64,000 bases of DNA from an uncultured delta proteobacterium (GTDB lineage: Bacteria > Desulfobacterota > Binatia > UBA9968): positions 1 through 64,000 of the forward strand of contig CAWDPO010000011.1 in the NCBI GenBank assembly GCA_963804165.1, in the 5' to 3' direction. The translations under genes and the position numbers were made by a program. The notes under the pieces were generated by a model that did no database searches, had not been told where the DNA came from, and saw nothing but the letters and a program-made list of their open reading frames with translations. Below, piece by piece: positions 42,037-52,539 of this stretch (position 1 is its first letter; the number at the start of each line of letters is the position of its first letter).

Positions 42037-42537
42037 TCAAATGCCCGCGCCGCCGAGGAGTGGCTGCAGCCAGCCGGCGGGAAGATTGACGTTCAAAAAT
42101 TTTACGAAGAACAGAAATACCCCCAGACCCAGGATAAGGCCGATGGCGAAATCACGCGGCAACTTCGAGCTGCCGAATCCGCGCGCCACACAGGTAAAGA
42201 GCACTGCTTGCGCGAGCACGAATCCCGCGGTGTGGATCAGAAGGATTTGCGCGAACAGACCGGCGCTGACCCAGATAAACGCGCCGGCATGAAAGGGATG
42301 TTCGCCGCGCTCCGCGGCATCGTCCGGAATAGCATTACGCCAGCCGCCGGATAGAGCCTCGTAGGTTAACCATAGGCCGAGCAGAATTAAACCGCCGGCG
42401 ATCACTGCGGGCGCGGCATTTGGCCCCACGCGCGCGTAGCCGCCGGCGCTCGATAATTGTGACGCTCCCACGGCAACCCCAATCCCCAAGGCGAGTACGG
42501 CCAAGGAGAGAATGAGGTCCGCGGGTTTGGCTTTCAT
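42037..42537 (-). CDS. tctB: Tripartite tricarboxylate transporter small permease
   Basis: Multi-TM protein with VGPNAAP and LNVNLPAG, between tctC and tctA. Confidence 0.88.
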   Translation of the reverse strand: MKAKPADLILSLAVLALGIGVAVGASQLSSAGGYARVGPNAAPAVIAGGLILLGLWLTYEALSGGWRNAIPDDAAERGEHPFHAGAFIWVSAGLFAQILLIHTAGFVLAQAVLFTCVARGFGSSKLPRDFAIGLILGLGVFLFFVKFLNVNLPAGWLQPLLGGAGI

Positions 42538-42545
42538 GTTGCTTC

Positions 42546-43503
42546 CTATTTTTTGCCTTTGATACCGAGCGAATCGATAATACCGGCGATGCGCTTGGTA
42601 TCTTCGTCGACGAATTTCTTATAGTCATCGCCGCTCAAAAAGATCGGCGACCAGCCGAGTTTTTCCAATGTTGTCTTCCACGCCGCCGATTCGGTCGCGC
42701 CGCGGATGATCTTGATCAGCGCATCGCGTTGCTGAGTGCTGATCCCTGGCCCACCAAAAGTACCGCGCCAATTGGACAGCTCGACATCGATAGCCTGTTC
42801 TTTGAGCGTTGGGTATCCCTCGATTTTCGACGAACTCGATACCCCGAGCGCGCGCATGCGCCCGCCTTTGATCTGCTCCGCAAATTCGCCTATACCTGAA
42901 ACACCTGCAGTCACATGGCCGCCAACGATCGCCGCGATCGCCTCGCCCCCGCCTTTAAAGGGCACGTAATTGATTTTTGCCGGATCGACGCCAGCCGCCT
43001 TGGCGATCAGACCAACGAGTATGTGATCGGTGCCGCCGGCTGAGCCGCCGCCCCAGGAAACGCCTCCAGGATTGGCTTTGAAGGCTTTGACTAAGTCGCC
43101 CATGCTTTTGTGCGGTGAACTCGACGGTACGACGATGATTTCATACTCGCCGGTGAGACGGGCAAGGGGAGTTACCATAGTTAGATTGACGGGGGAATTC
43201 TCCAAGATAGATCGCGCCGACCATGACCATGCCACCGATCATGATGGCGTTGGGATCGCCTTTCGCCGAGTTGACGAACTGGGCCAAGCCGATAGTGCCG
43301 CCGGCGCCGCCTTTGTTATCGAATTGCACCGACGAGACCAGTTTCGCGCTTTGCATCGCTGCCGCGAGATTACGCCCGGTCTGGTCCCAACCACCGCCGG
43401 GATTGGCGGGAATCATCATCTTCAGACTCGGCTGGGCGTGGACTGCGGATGCTGCCGTCAAAAATGCTATGAACAATATCAGACTGAAAAACTGCTTGCG
43501 CAT
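42546..43503 (-). CDS. tctC: Tripartite tricarboxylate transporter binding protein, frameshifted near 43205
   Basis: PANPGGGWDQTGR, NKGGAGGTIG, then GGGSAGGTDH, YVPFKGGGE, NWRG. Confidence 0.88.
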
Positions 43504-43683
43504 AGTGCCTCCTTGGATGGATTCTAATCAACTTCCACGTTCTCGGATGTATAGTAGACGATGGAAAAATTGACAAGCTTCAGTAAGTTTCAAAAACCTA
43601 TTGGGTCGTTCAAACAGTTCAAATCGTTCAAGCCGTTCAAATCGTTGTCGAAGTCGAATGACGAAACCATCCTTGCAACACCA

Positions 43684-44559
43684 TTAGCGACGTTTTATGT
43701 GACGGGTTTTCGGACCGGTGTATTTCCACAACAGATGGCGCGGTATCGGGCCTTTGTTGCGTTCGCCGGATTGGCTTTCTTCCCAGGCGTGGGCCAACAC
43801 CCCGACCGAGCGGGAAAGGACGAACAGGCCGCGGCAAAGCGGTGGCGGAAAGCCCAATTCCGCGAAAACGACACCAGTCGCGCCGTCGATGTTCATCGGA
43901 ATTTTTTTGCCCTTACGTTTCGCGAGCAGTGCCTCGATGCAACGGCCGATGGCGGCGAAGCGGCCGGAGACGTGGCCGGCAGCGGCGGCGGCATCGACGA
44001 GCTTTAATAATTTTGGCGCTCGGGGATCGACCGGATGAAAGCGGTGGCCGAAGCCGGGCACGTGACTGATGCGCTGCGCCGCTAAGGAATCCATTTCCGC
44101 CTCGACCGCTGCCTGGATCGCTTGCCCATTTTTTCCTTTGGTGCGCTTGGAATCGAGGCGGTTGGCAATGCGGTTGTAAAACACCACGCACTGCTCGCCT
44201 GCCCCGCCGTGGACGTCGCCCAGAACGTTGATCGCCGACGCCATGGCGTTGTTGATGCCGACGCCGCAGGTAATCGCCATGCGGGCTATCGCGATCGACG
44301 GCGCTTGAGGACCGTGGTCGACGGCCGCGACGAGAGCGGCTTCGAGAAGGTCTGCCTGACCGGAGCTCGGCAATTCGCCGCGAGTCAGCAACCAGACCAT
44401 TTCGGCGAAACCAACTTGCCCAATTAAATCCTCAATTGCGTAGCCGCGATAGCGGATCACGCCGGGGCGCATCTCGATGATCGAAGTGGACCACCACTGT
44501 TCAGGAGTTTTGGATACGCGGAGAGAATTTGGCTTCGGCTTCCGTAGTCTTTTATTCAT
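43684..44559 (-). CDS. Citryl-CoA lyase / citrate synthase family protein
   Basis: IRYRGY, AVDHG, GDVHGGAGE, PGFGHRFH..DPRA, NIDGA. Confidence 0.88.
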   Translation of the reverse strand: MNKRLRKPKPNSLRVSKTPEQWWSTSIIEMRPGVIRYRGYAIEDLIGQVGFAEMVWLLTRGELPSSGQADLLEAALVAAVDHGPQAPSIAIARMAITCGVGINNAMASAINVLGDVHGGAGEQCVVFYNRIANRLDSKRTKGKNGQAIQAAVEAEMDSLAAQRISHVPGFGHRFHPVDPRAPKLLKLVDAAAAAGHVSGRFAAIGRCIEALLAKRKGKKIPMNIDGATGVVFAELGFPPPLCRGLFVLSRSVGVLAHAWEESQSGERNKGPIPRHLLWKYTGPKTRHIKRR

Positions 44560-45755
44560 ATGGCGTGCTGCTTTTTGAGTTCAGCAATAGCGGAGCTGTC
44601 GTAGCCGAGTTCTTCCAGGATCTTTTCCGTATCGGCGCCGAGCGCCGGCGGCGGAGTCGCAGGTTGAGGATCGCCACTCATCAAGCGGAATCCCGAACGA
44701 ACCAGCGATATCTCTCGCTCGACACTCGACGCGCTTGGGAATTTTTTAACCAGTTTGCGGCTGACGATTTGTGGGTGCTCTAGCACTTCCGGAATCGAGA
44801 GAACCTCACCGGCCGGTACGCCATGCTGATTCAATAGTGTGGACCAATCCTTGGCCGGCTTGGTTGCGAGGGCAACTTCCATCTCGGCCTTCAGTTCCTG
44901 GCGGAATTTTTTTCGGTCCTCGCGGTCAGCAAAACGCGGATCGGTGGCGAGCTCCTTTCGATCAATCAGGTGGCAAAGTTTTTCAAACTGCGCTTGCTGA
45001 TTGGCCGCGATATTGAGCAGGCCGTCGCCAGTCTTGAAAGTTCCCGAGGGACTCGCAGTCATGTTCTCATTGCCCAAAGGTTCCGGCCGCACGCCCGCGA
45101 TGAGCCAATTGGAAACCGCCCAACCCATTGTCACCAACGTTGATTCAAGCATGGATACGTCGATGAATTCGCCTTCGTTGCTGCGTTGTCGTCGAAATAG
45201 AGCTGCGGCGATGGCAAACGCTGCGGTGAGGCCGCCCATCGTGTCGGCGGCGGGAAACCCGACGCGGAGCGGCGCGGAATTTTTATCACCGGTTATGCTC
45301 ATCACGCCGGATAGACCCTGCACGATCTGGTCGTACGCCGGATTGTCTTTCAAGGGTCCACCTTGGCCGAAGCCAGAAATCGCGCAGTAGATTAGATCCG
45401 GTTTGGATTCTTTCAGCTGGTCATAACCGAGCCCCAGCCGCTCCATCACGCCCGGGCGAAAATTTTCCACGACAACGTCGGCGGTTTCGACCAGGCGCTG
45501 AAAAACTTCTTTGCCGCCGGGATTCTTGAGATTGATCGTCACCGATCTTTTGCCGGCATTCTGGGCTAGAAACGACGCACCCATCAGTTTCCGGTTCAGT
45601 TCGGCGTCGGCGCCCAGCTGGCGCGCGAGATCGCCGGTGCCGGGAACCTCAACCTTGATCACATCGGCGCCCAACTGGGCGAGTTGATAACAGCAGAAAG
45701 GTCCCGCCAACACGTTGGTGAGATCGAGCACGCGCACGCCTTCGAGCAGCTGCAT
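44556..45755 (-). CDS. CaiB/BaiF family III CoA transferase
   Basis: LEGVRVLDLTNVLAGPF, GADVIKVE, ENFRPG, PAYD. Confidence 0.93.
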   Translation of the reverse strand: MQLLEGVRVLDLTNVLAGPFCCYQLAQLGADVIKVEVPGTGDLARQLGADAELNRKLMGASFLAQNAGKRSVTINLKNPGGKEVFQRLVETADVVVENFRPGVMERLGLGYDQLKESKPDLIYCAISGFGQGGPLKDNPAYDQIVQGLSGVMSITGDKNSAPLRVGFPAADTMGGLTAAFAIAAALFRRQRSNEGEFIDVSMLESTLVTMGWAVSNWLIAGVRPEPLGNENMTASPSGTFKTGDGLLNIAANQQAQFEKLCHLIDRKELATDPRFADREDRKKFRQELKAEMEVALATKPAKDWSTLLNQHGVPAGEVLSIPEVLEHPQIVSRKLVKKFPSASSVEREISLVRSGFRLMSGDPQPATPPPALGADTEKILEELGYDSSAIAELKKQHAI

Positions 45756-45795
45756 GATCCCTCAATACCCCAAGGCCGGCAAAGATAAAACCGTT

Positions 45796-45855
45796 TGCAC
45801 TAAATCTGCACGAAGGTTCCGCAAAAGATTCACGAAAAGTCCATCAGGCTTGCAT
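45796..45855 (+). promoter_or_regulatory. Six phased 11-bp direct repeats, candidate CreB/OmpR-family operator
   Basis: TGCAC-n6-TGCAC-n6-TCCGC-n6-TTCAC-n6-TCCAT-n6-TGCAT upstream of the creD-like gene. Confidence 0.6.
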
Positions 45856-45905
45856 GAAGAGTTCCTAGACTGTTACCAGCGTAAAAACTTGAAAGGGGAA
45901 TTCTT

Positions 45906-47150
45906 GTGTCCAGACAGATTGCCGCGATCGTCATCATTTTTATCGGTGCCGCTATCGGCTGGTCGATTTTGGGAACCACAATCTTCACGCGAACCTACTC
46001 CTTCGACGAGTCTTTGAAGGGTCGGGTAGCATCCATATGGGGAGCGCCGCACGTACAGAAGCCACCGACAGCCACGACGACCAAAGAGATTGCCAAGAAA
46101 GTTGAAGTGAGCGAGAACGGCAAGACGGTTTTGCGCACGGAGAAAGATTACGTTGTGAAACCGCTCGAACTCGAGGGAAGCGAGATTGCGGTTGGGCTCG
46201 ATCTTGAGCATCGTCAAAAGGGACTTTTGTGGTACAGCACCTATAAAGTTGGTTTCGCCGCCGACTACCGGCTCAAGAATACGACGGACGAGGAGACCGT
46301 CGATCTTGTGGTGAATTTGCCTACCCCTCAAGCAAGCTACGATGAAGTTGTTATCACTGTGGATGGACAAGTAATTCCATTCACTAACGAGAAATCGTCG
46401 CTGCGCGGCACCGCGCGTATCTCGAAAGGGGATACCGTGGTTTTGACGGTCAGGTATCGATCCCAGGGCCTGGACAGCTGGCGTTATCACTTCGGAGGGG
46501 AAGTTGCCCAAGTCCGCAATTTCCAACTGAAGATGGTGACGAACTTCAAAGATATTGATTTTCCCGACAACACGCTGGCGCCGGCCATCAAAAAGGAAAC
46601 AGACAATGGCTGGGAGCTTACGTGGCAATCGAAAAACCTGCTCTCTGGTTTTCAGATCGGGATGATCTTGCCCGAGAAGCTGCAGCCCGGCCCGCTGGCC
46701 GGACGGATCAGCTACTTTGCTCCTGTATCCCTGCTGTTTTTCTTCTTCCTGATGTTTATCATCACCACCATGCGCAGGATCGACCTCCACCCAATGAACT
46801 ACTTCTTTTTGGCTTGCGCCTTCTTCTCATTTCATCTTTTGCTTGCTTATCTTGTCGATCACATTTCGATTCACGTTGCCTTTGTTATCTGTTCTTTAGT
46901 GTCACTCGGTTTGGTCATCAGTTACTTAAGGTTGGCGGTGGGTTTGCGCTTTGCCGCCGTTGAAGCTGGCCTGGCCCAGCTCATCTATCTTGTGTTGTTT
47001 TCCTACGCTTTCTTTTTCAAAGGATTTAGTGGTTTGGCGGTGACGATTGGATCGATCATTACTCTTTTTATAGTTATGCAGCTTACAGCGCGAATTCGCT
47101 GGTCGGAAAACTTTGCCGGTAAATCAACAGTCCAAGCACACGGCGGATGA
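45906..47150 (+). CDS. CreD-like inner membrane protein
   Basis: N-terminal TM, periplasmic domain, C-terminal TMs with LHPMNY and FHLLLAYLVDHI; upstream of an RR-HK pair. Confidence 0.75.
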   Translation: MSRQIAAIVIIFIGAAIGWSILGTTIFTRTYSFDESLKGRVASIWGAPHVQKPPTATTTKEIAKKVEVSENGKTVLRTEKDYVVKPLELEGSEIAVGLDLEHRQKGLLWYSTYKVGFAADYRLKNTTDEETVDLVVNLPTPQASYDEVVITVDGQVIPFTNEKSSLRGTARISKGDTVVLTVRYRSQGLDSWRYHFGGEVAQVRNFQLKMVTNFKDIDFPDNTLAPAIKKETDNGWELTWQSKNLLSGFQIGMILPEKLQPGPLAGRISYFAPVSLLFFFFLMFIITTMRRIDLHPMNYFFLACAFFSFHLLLAYLVDHISIHVAFVICSLVSLGLVISYLRLAVGLRFAAVEAGLAQLIYLVLFSYAFFFKGFSGLAVTIGSIITLFIVMQLTARIRWSENFAGKSTVQAHGG

Positions 47151-47194
47151 TTGGAGTTTCCTTTCCGAAGCGATTATCATTGGCCGTCGAATAT

Positions 47195-47887
47195 ATGCCG
47201 GACAAAATACTGGTTGTCGACGACGACGCGCATATTCGGGAAGTTGTCCAATTCGCATTGGAGAAGGCCGGCCTCGATGTGATCGAGGCCGGCGACGGTC
47301 AACGAGCTCTCGACTTGTTCGTTAGAACAAAGCCAGACTTGATCATTCTCGACATCGCCATGCCGGAAATGGACGGCCTGGCGGTATGCCGGGAAATTCG
47401 CAAGCGCTCGGAAGTCCCTATTCTTTTTTTATCGTCCCGCACGGATGAAGTGGATCGGATCGTCGGTCTTGAGATCGGCGGCGACGATTATGTAACAAAG
47501 CCGTTCAGCCCGCGCGAGCTGGTGGCGCGCGTGCAAACGATCTTGAAGCGCACGCGGGCCAAGATCGGTGATTCGTCCGAAGCGAAGGAGCTGCGGTATG
47601 GCTCGGTCAAAATGGACATACCGGGCCACACGGCATTCTGGAAAGACACCAAAGTTCCGCTCACGGCTACCGAATTCGCTCTCCTGAAACAATTTCTTGG
47701 CGCGCCCGAACGGGTGCTATCACGGGAGCAATTAATGGGTGCCGCCTATGACGCCAGGATCAATGTGAGTGATCGCACCATCGATAGCCACATCCGAAAT
47801 GTACGCGGGAAGTACGCCAAAGCCGGCTGCAAAGGGATCATCGAGACAATCCACGGGGTTGGCTACAAGTTGGGTCCATGCCGCTGA
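47195..47887 (+). CDS. OmpR/CreB-family response regulator
   Basis: ILVVDDD, LDIAMPEMDG, DDYVTKPFSPREL, RTIDSHIRNVR, GVGYK. Confidence 0.93.
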   Translation: MPDKILVVDDDAHIREVVQFALEKAGLDVIEAGDGQRALDLFVRTKPDLIILDIAMPEMDGLAVCREIRKRSEVPILFLSSRTDEVDRIVGLEIGGDDYVTKPFSPRELVARVQTILKRTRAKIGDSSEAKELRYGSVKMDIPGHTAFWKDTKVPLTATEFALLKQFLGAPERVLSREQLMGAAYDARINVSDRTIDSHIRNVRGKYAKAGCKGIIETIHGVGYKLGPCR

Positions 47888-49473
47888 TCCTAAACGCGAG
47901 CACATGGCGCTTTAAACTGCGCAGCATCCTTCTAGCGGTAAGTCTTGTTGTTCTTGTCCTGCCGCTCGGAGGCATCTATTTTTTGCGTATTTATGAAAAC
48001 GAGTTGGTGAAGCAGACCGAACTCGAGCTGATTTCTCAAGCAGCGCTGATAGCGGCCGTTTACAAGCGGGAAATCGATATTTTGACGGCCGACAAAAATC
48101 CGCAGAGGTATGGGATCAAGGTAGCCGCGCCGCCGGCCGTCGACGATTACTACAGTCCCATTCGTGCCGAACTCAAGCTCGGCGCTTCGGAGATCAAACC
48201 GCGCCCGCAAGAAGCGCAAAGAACCGATGTTCGCGCCGATCCCATCGCGCTGGAATCGGGAAGCCGGATGTCGTCATTGTTGCTCGACGCGCAGCGGACG
48301 ACGTTGTCGGGTGTAAGAATCCTCGACCATCAAGGCATTGTGGTCGGCGGCCGGGCAGACATCGGACAATCCTTCGTGCATCTTGAAGAGGTTCAGCGAG
48401 CAAGATCCGGACGATATACGAGCTCGATTCGCGAGAGAACGATTCATCGTCCGACGCGCGCGTTCGCGTCTATCAGCCGAGGCACGGGAATTCGGGTCTT
48501 TGTGGCTTTTCCGATCTTGGCCGATGATCGGCTGTTGGGAGTGGTTCTTTTGTCGCGCACGCCGCAAAGCATTTTGGAACATCTCTATAATCAGAAAGAG
48601 AAAGTATTCGTACTTGCGTCTATCGTTCTGGTTCTAGCCGTCGTTCTTGTCATATTCACTTCTTATACGGTTGCGCGCCCGCTGCATGCCTTGATGCAGC
48701 AAACGAAACAGTTTGTTAAGGGGGAAAAGGAGTCGATCGAGCCACTAAAGGCGCCGGTTACGGAAGAGGTGGCTTTGCTGTCGGAGAGCTTTACGGAAAT
48801 GGCGCGCAGCTTGCAGTCCCGCGCGGAATATATTCGTAACTTCGCCGCGCAGGTGTCGCACGAGTTCAAGACGCCGCTAACGGGTATCAGAGGCGCCGTC
48901 GAATTGTTGCAGGAGCACCAGAACGACATGTCTCTCGAGCAGCGTACTCGCTTCCTGCGTAACGTTGCGCAAGACACGGACCGGCTACAACGGTTAACTG
49001 ATCGCTTGCTCGAAATGGCGCGAGCGGACGTCATCGAGCCTACGAGCGAAACGACGGAGCTTACCCCGGTCCTCCGCAATTTCGGCGAACGGTACAAGGA
49101 TCAGAACGTAACAATTTCATTCGCCGGTGCGGATCAAGCCAGGGCGGCGATCGCTCCGGAGATTTTCGAAACCGTGTTTACCAATCTACTGGATAATAGT
49201 CGGCAGAACGGAGCTACTCGAGTGGATATCGACTTGAGTCGAGACAACGGCTGCGTTCACCTCATCGTTGCCGACAACGGCACAGGGATCTCTCCGGCCA
49301 ACGCTGAGCACATATTCGACTCGTTTTTCACAACTCGCAGAAATGAGGGGGGCACCGGGCTGGGCCTGGGAATTGTCCGATCGTTACTCAAAGCTTACGA
49401 TGGCGCAATTTCGCTGGAGCCGAGCGCGAAAGGCGCGATCTTTCGCGTGATCGTTCCCGAAGCCGGCAGTTGA
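47878..49473 (+). CDS. Membrane sensor histidine kinase (CreC-like)
   Basis: Two TMs, HAMP, SHEFKTPLTGIRG, NLLDN, DNGTG, GTGLGL. Confidence 0.92.
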   Translation: MPLILNASTWRFKLRSILLAVSLVVLVLPLGGIYFLRIYENELVKQTELELISQAALIAAVYKREIDILTADKNPQRYGIKVAAPPAVDDYYSPIRAELKLGASEIKPRPQEAQRTDVRADPIALESGSRMSSLLLDAQRTTLSGVRILDHQGIVVGGRADIGQSFVHLEEVQRARSGRYTSSIRERTIHRPTRAFASISRGTGIRVFVAFPILADDRLLGVVLLSRTPQSILEHLYNQKEKVFVLASIVLVLAVVLVIFTSYTVARPLHALMQQTKQFVKGEKESIEPLKAPVTEEVALLSESFTEMARSLQSRAEYIRNFAAQVSHEFKTPLTGIRGAVELLQEHQNDMSLEQRTRFLRNVAQDTDRLQRLTDRLLEMARADVIEPTSETTELTPVLRNFGERYKDQNVTISFAGADQARAAIAPEIFETVFTNLLDNSRQNGATRVDIDLSRDNGCVHLIVADNGTGISPANAEHIFDSFFTTRRNEGGTGLGLGIVRSLLKAYDGAISLEPSAKGAIFRVIVPEAGS

Positions 49474-51116
49474 CGTCGTTCCACTAGCGAGTGCGCAAAA
49501 TCGCCCACAGTGATTTTTTGCCCTGTCTGGGTAGCAACCTCTTTCATCTGAATGAAGACTCGCCGGAGCAGCCCTGAGTTGAAGTGGTTGTTTTCAACCT
49601 GCCCAATTTTGGTCCAGGCGTTCAAGGATCCTGTCAACTGAAGTTGACGTAACAGTTCAAAGCCGATGCTGGTTCGCGGATCGGACCGCGACCGGTCCAT
49701 CAGCTCTTCGAGCGATGCGTCGCCGGTGATCGGCAGGCCTTTGAGAAAGTTTATGATTCTCGTTGTGACGAACAGAGTGTAGATGTCATCGCGCGTAAAT
49801 TGATCCGTTTCGATCGCCAGCGCGGTCAGGCGGGCTTTGACGTAATCTTTTTCAGTCAGCTCTAACCCGCGCGCAATCGGCGCGTTCGGTGTTTGATAGA
49901 ACGGCGAGGCGCCGAGAAGCACCGGAAGACGCGCGTTGAAAGCGAGCGTCTGAATCATACTGTCCAAACTTTCGTTGGTTAAGCCGAGGATCTGATACGA
50001 AACGATTTTGAAACCGAGTTGGTGGGCTTTGTTCACGACTCTCACGTAAGCCTCGAGCGTGTGCGGCCGCTTCGTGGTTTCGCGCACGGTTTTGTCGGAC
50101 GACACCAAAGCGAGATTCAAATGAGAGAAACCCGCTTGGTGCATCAGCTCAAGCAACTCGTCGTCGAGACTTAAATAGCTGATGCCGTTCATGGCGACGT
50201 ATTCTAACTCGCGATTAGGAAAGCGGGCGATCAGCCGGCGGCAGATTTCTTTGAAAGTCTGTTTGTAATAAGTAAGGTTATCGTCTTCGAAGTCGATCAC
50301 GCGATAGCCTTGCTGATAACGCAGCTCGATTTCTTGCAGAACATTCTCCAGCGAGCGCCGCCGGTAACTCGTGCCAAAGGTCGTGTGCACCGAGCAAAAG
50401 GAACATTTATGGGGGCAACTGCGCGAGGTGATCATGAATGTCATGGCTTTGCCGGCGAGCGTGTAGTTCATTGGACAAAAATCGCTCAGATCGGGGATCG
50501 GCAAGTCGTCGATCGGAAAGTTGTCGTGAAGAGGGTTGAGGACGAATGCGCCGTCGCGCTTGTAGGCGAGATTGGGAATCGCTTCGACGGATGTCTGATT
50601 GTCGATGGCGCGCAGGAATTCAACGAACGGCTTTTCGCCTTCGCCGCGAATGACGTAATCGACATTGGCGGAAGCCAGCAAGGACTCCGGCACGGCGGAT
50701 GCGTGAGATCCGCCGATGACGACGGTGGCGTTAGTGCGCTTCTTCACGCGCGCTGCGACTTCGAGCGCTTCGCGATAATACGGCGTGAAAAGCGACGAGA
50801 TGCCGACGACATCGGGAGCGAGCTCAACGATTTCGTTTTCGATTGCGTCAAACGATTCACCGAAGTGATAGTATCGGTGAAAGGTCGAGAACGGCGATTT
50901 ATCGGCGACCTTATAGTAGTCGACCAAGTAGCCAAGCTCTTTTGGAATCGGCACGGTCCTTCGACCGCAGCCGCCGTGATAGTCTTTGATAATAACTTCA
51001 ATACTGGGCAGATGTTTTTTTACCGCCGCTTTGAGATATGCGAGCCCGATCGGCTGCAGGCGCACATCGGTGTCGTAAAAATCTTGAACCGGCGGTTGGA
51101 CGAGCAACACTTTCAA
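49395..51116 (-). CDS. B12-binding domain radical SAM protein
   Basis: QPIGLAYL, VVGISS, GGSHAS, GEGE, SRSCPHKCSFC (CxxxCxxC), FEDDN. Start placed at TTG 51116 because the ORF-track start abuts the divergent gene. Confidence 0.88.
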   Translation of the reverse strand: MKVLLVQPPVQDFYDTDVRLQPIGLAYLKAAVKKHLPSIEVIIKDYHGGCGRRTVPIPKELGYLVDYYKVADKSPFSTFHRYYHFGESFDAIENEIVELAPDVVGISSLFTPYYREALEVAARVKKRTNATVVIGGSHASAVPESLLASANVDYVIRGEGEKPFVEFLRAIDNQTSVEAIPNLAYKRDGAFVLNPLHDNFPIDDLPIPDLSDFCPMNYTLAGKAMTFMITSRSCPHKCSFCSVHTTFGTSYRRRSLENVLQEIELRYQQGYRVIDFEDDNLTYYKQTFKEICRRLIARFPNRELEYVAMNGISYLSLDDELLELMHQAGFSHLNLALVSSDKTVRETTKRPHTLEAYVRVVNKAHQLGFKIVSYQILGLTNESLDSMIQTLAFNARLPVLLGASPFYQTPNAPIARGLELTEKDYVKARLTALAIETDQFTRDDIYTLFVTTRIINFLKGLPITGDASLEELMDRSRSDPRTSIGFELLRQLQLTGSLNAWTKIGQVENNHFNSGLLRRVFIQMKEVATQTGQKITVGDFAHSLVERRQLPASGTITRKIAPFALGSSEIAPS

Positions 51117-51240
51117 ATTCGAAAGAGATTTGTGACTCGAAAAAGGATCGCTCGCCGCACTTTGCAGAAAACTTGTAACCCGATTTTCCGGAGAGTATAG
51201 TCCCGAACAGTTTTCGATTGAGTTCTTTGCAGTAGACATC

Positions 51241-52527
51241 GTGGAACTAGAGCTTTTCGATTTTCACATCGACGCGATTCAGTGGGGAGATCGAACCTCG
51301 CTTGCGGGAGGGCAACTTAGTGTCAGCCTTGCCGAGATTCAAGAGCAGATCAAGGACTTGACCAGAAATATAAAATTGACCGCTGAACTCGCCCGTCCCG
51401 GCGAATCCAAGAGAATCGTGCATGTCCTCGACACCCTGATCCCGATCAGGAAAGTTCATGACGACCTTTGCACGTTTCCCGGTATCGATGTGCCGGCGCG
51501 GCTCGTGGGAACGGGACAGACTCAGCGGCTGCGCAACGTGCTGGTTACCATCGCGGGAAGTTTTCCCCATCCGGAGGCGATGACTCCGATCGAGAAACCC
51601 CGTGAAGGTATAATCGACATGACAGGCGTCGGGGCGCGTTACTCGCATGGATCGGATTATTTTCATTTGGTTCTAACTCTCGACGGTGAACCAGCGCTTT
51701 CAAACATAGCATTTGACCAGGCGCTAAGGAACATTGGAGTGCGCATCGCCCGTTATCTTGCCGGAGCCGAAAAAAGTGGCGCGGCGCCGGAGCGAAAAAA
51801 AGTTCACCTTGCTCAAGTTCAGAAGAAGCTCCCGAAGATTGTTCTTATATACCAGGTTCAGAGCCAGATTCCTCTGGTTAGGACTTTTTACTACGGCGAA
51901 GAAATCTCGAAAACCCTTCCTTCATTCGTTCATCCGAATGAGTTCATCGATGGAGCGGTGGTGAGCGGCACCTATAAAAGCGAGCGAAAAATTCCCACTT
52001 CGCTGCATTGTGCGAACCCTTTTATCGAGGAGATGCTCAAGCGGCACGGCGGCGAGTTGGAGTTCCTCGGTGTGATTCTCTCGCGCGGATATAACGACAG
52101 CTTTGAGCAGAAAAAGAAAATGGGGCTGTGGAGCGCTCGCTTGGCCAGATGTTTGGGCGCTGACGGCGCCGTGGCGATGATGGAGGGAACCGGCAATACG
52201 ACCGTCGATTTTATGCAAACCGTCAAAGCTTGCGAAGCGGAAGGGATTAAGACCGTAGCGGTTCTGCACGAGGATAACGGCGCCAAAGGCTATGAAAGGC
52301 CGCTGGTCGATCATCCGCGCGAAGCCGACGCGATGATCAGCCGTGGCAACCGCTCCGAGAAATTGGTTCTTGCCCCACTCGACCAGGTCATCGGAGGAAA
52401 GGAGATCGACCTCCATCTTAAACTCAAACACGATCCGCATAAGCCACTGTTTTTCGACCCGACGATCTTTTTCGGTGCGCATTGTCAGATGGGAGCCAGC
52501 GGCTTTCGTGCTGCCTTTGAAAGCTGA
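51241..52527 (+). CDS. Glycine/sarcosine/betaine reductase component B subunit-like (GrdE/PrdA family)
   Basis: ELARPGESKRIV, VGTGQT, EGIIDMTG.GARYS, HPNEFIDGAVVSG, LGADGA, EGIKTV. Confidence 0.82.
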   Translation: MELELFDFHIDAIQWGDRTSLAGGQLSVSLAEIQEQIKDLTRNIKLTAELARPGESKRIVHVLDTLIPIRKVHDDLCTFPGIDVPARLVGTGQTQRLRNVLVTIAGSFPHPEAMTPIEKPREGIIDMTGVGARYSHGSDYFHLVLTLDGEPALSNIAFDQALRNIGVRIARYLAGAEKSGAAPERKKVHLAQVQKKLPKIVLIYQVQSQIPLVRTFYYGEEISKTLPSFVHPNEFIDGAVVSGTYKSERKIPTSLHCANPFIEEMLKRHGGELEFLGVILSRGYNDSFEQKKKMGLWSARLARCLGADGAVAMMEGTGNTTVDFMQTVKACEAEGIKTVAVLHEDNGAKGYERPLVDHPREADAMISRGNRSEKLVLAPLDQVIGGKEIDLHLKLKHDPHKPLFFDPTIFFGAHCQMGASGFRAAFES

Positions 52528-52539
52528 GATGAAACCAAA

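Noticed and set aside
49395-49473. 79-nt convergent overlap of the kinase and radical SAM genes
   Set aside because: Short tail-to-tail overlaps are common and the overlapping tail looks non-conserved.
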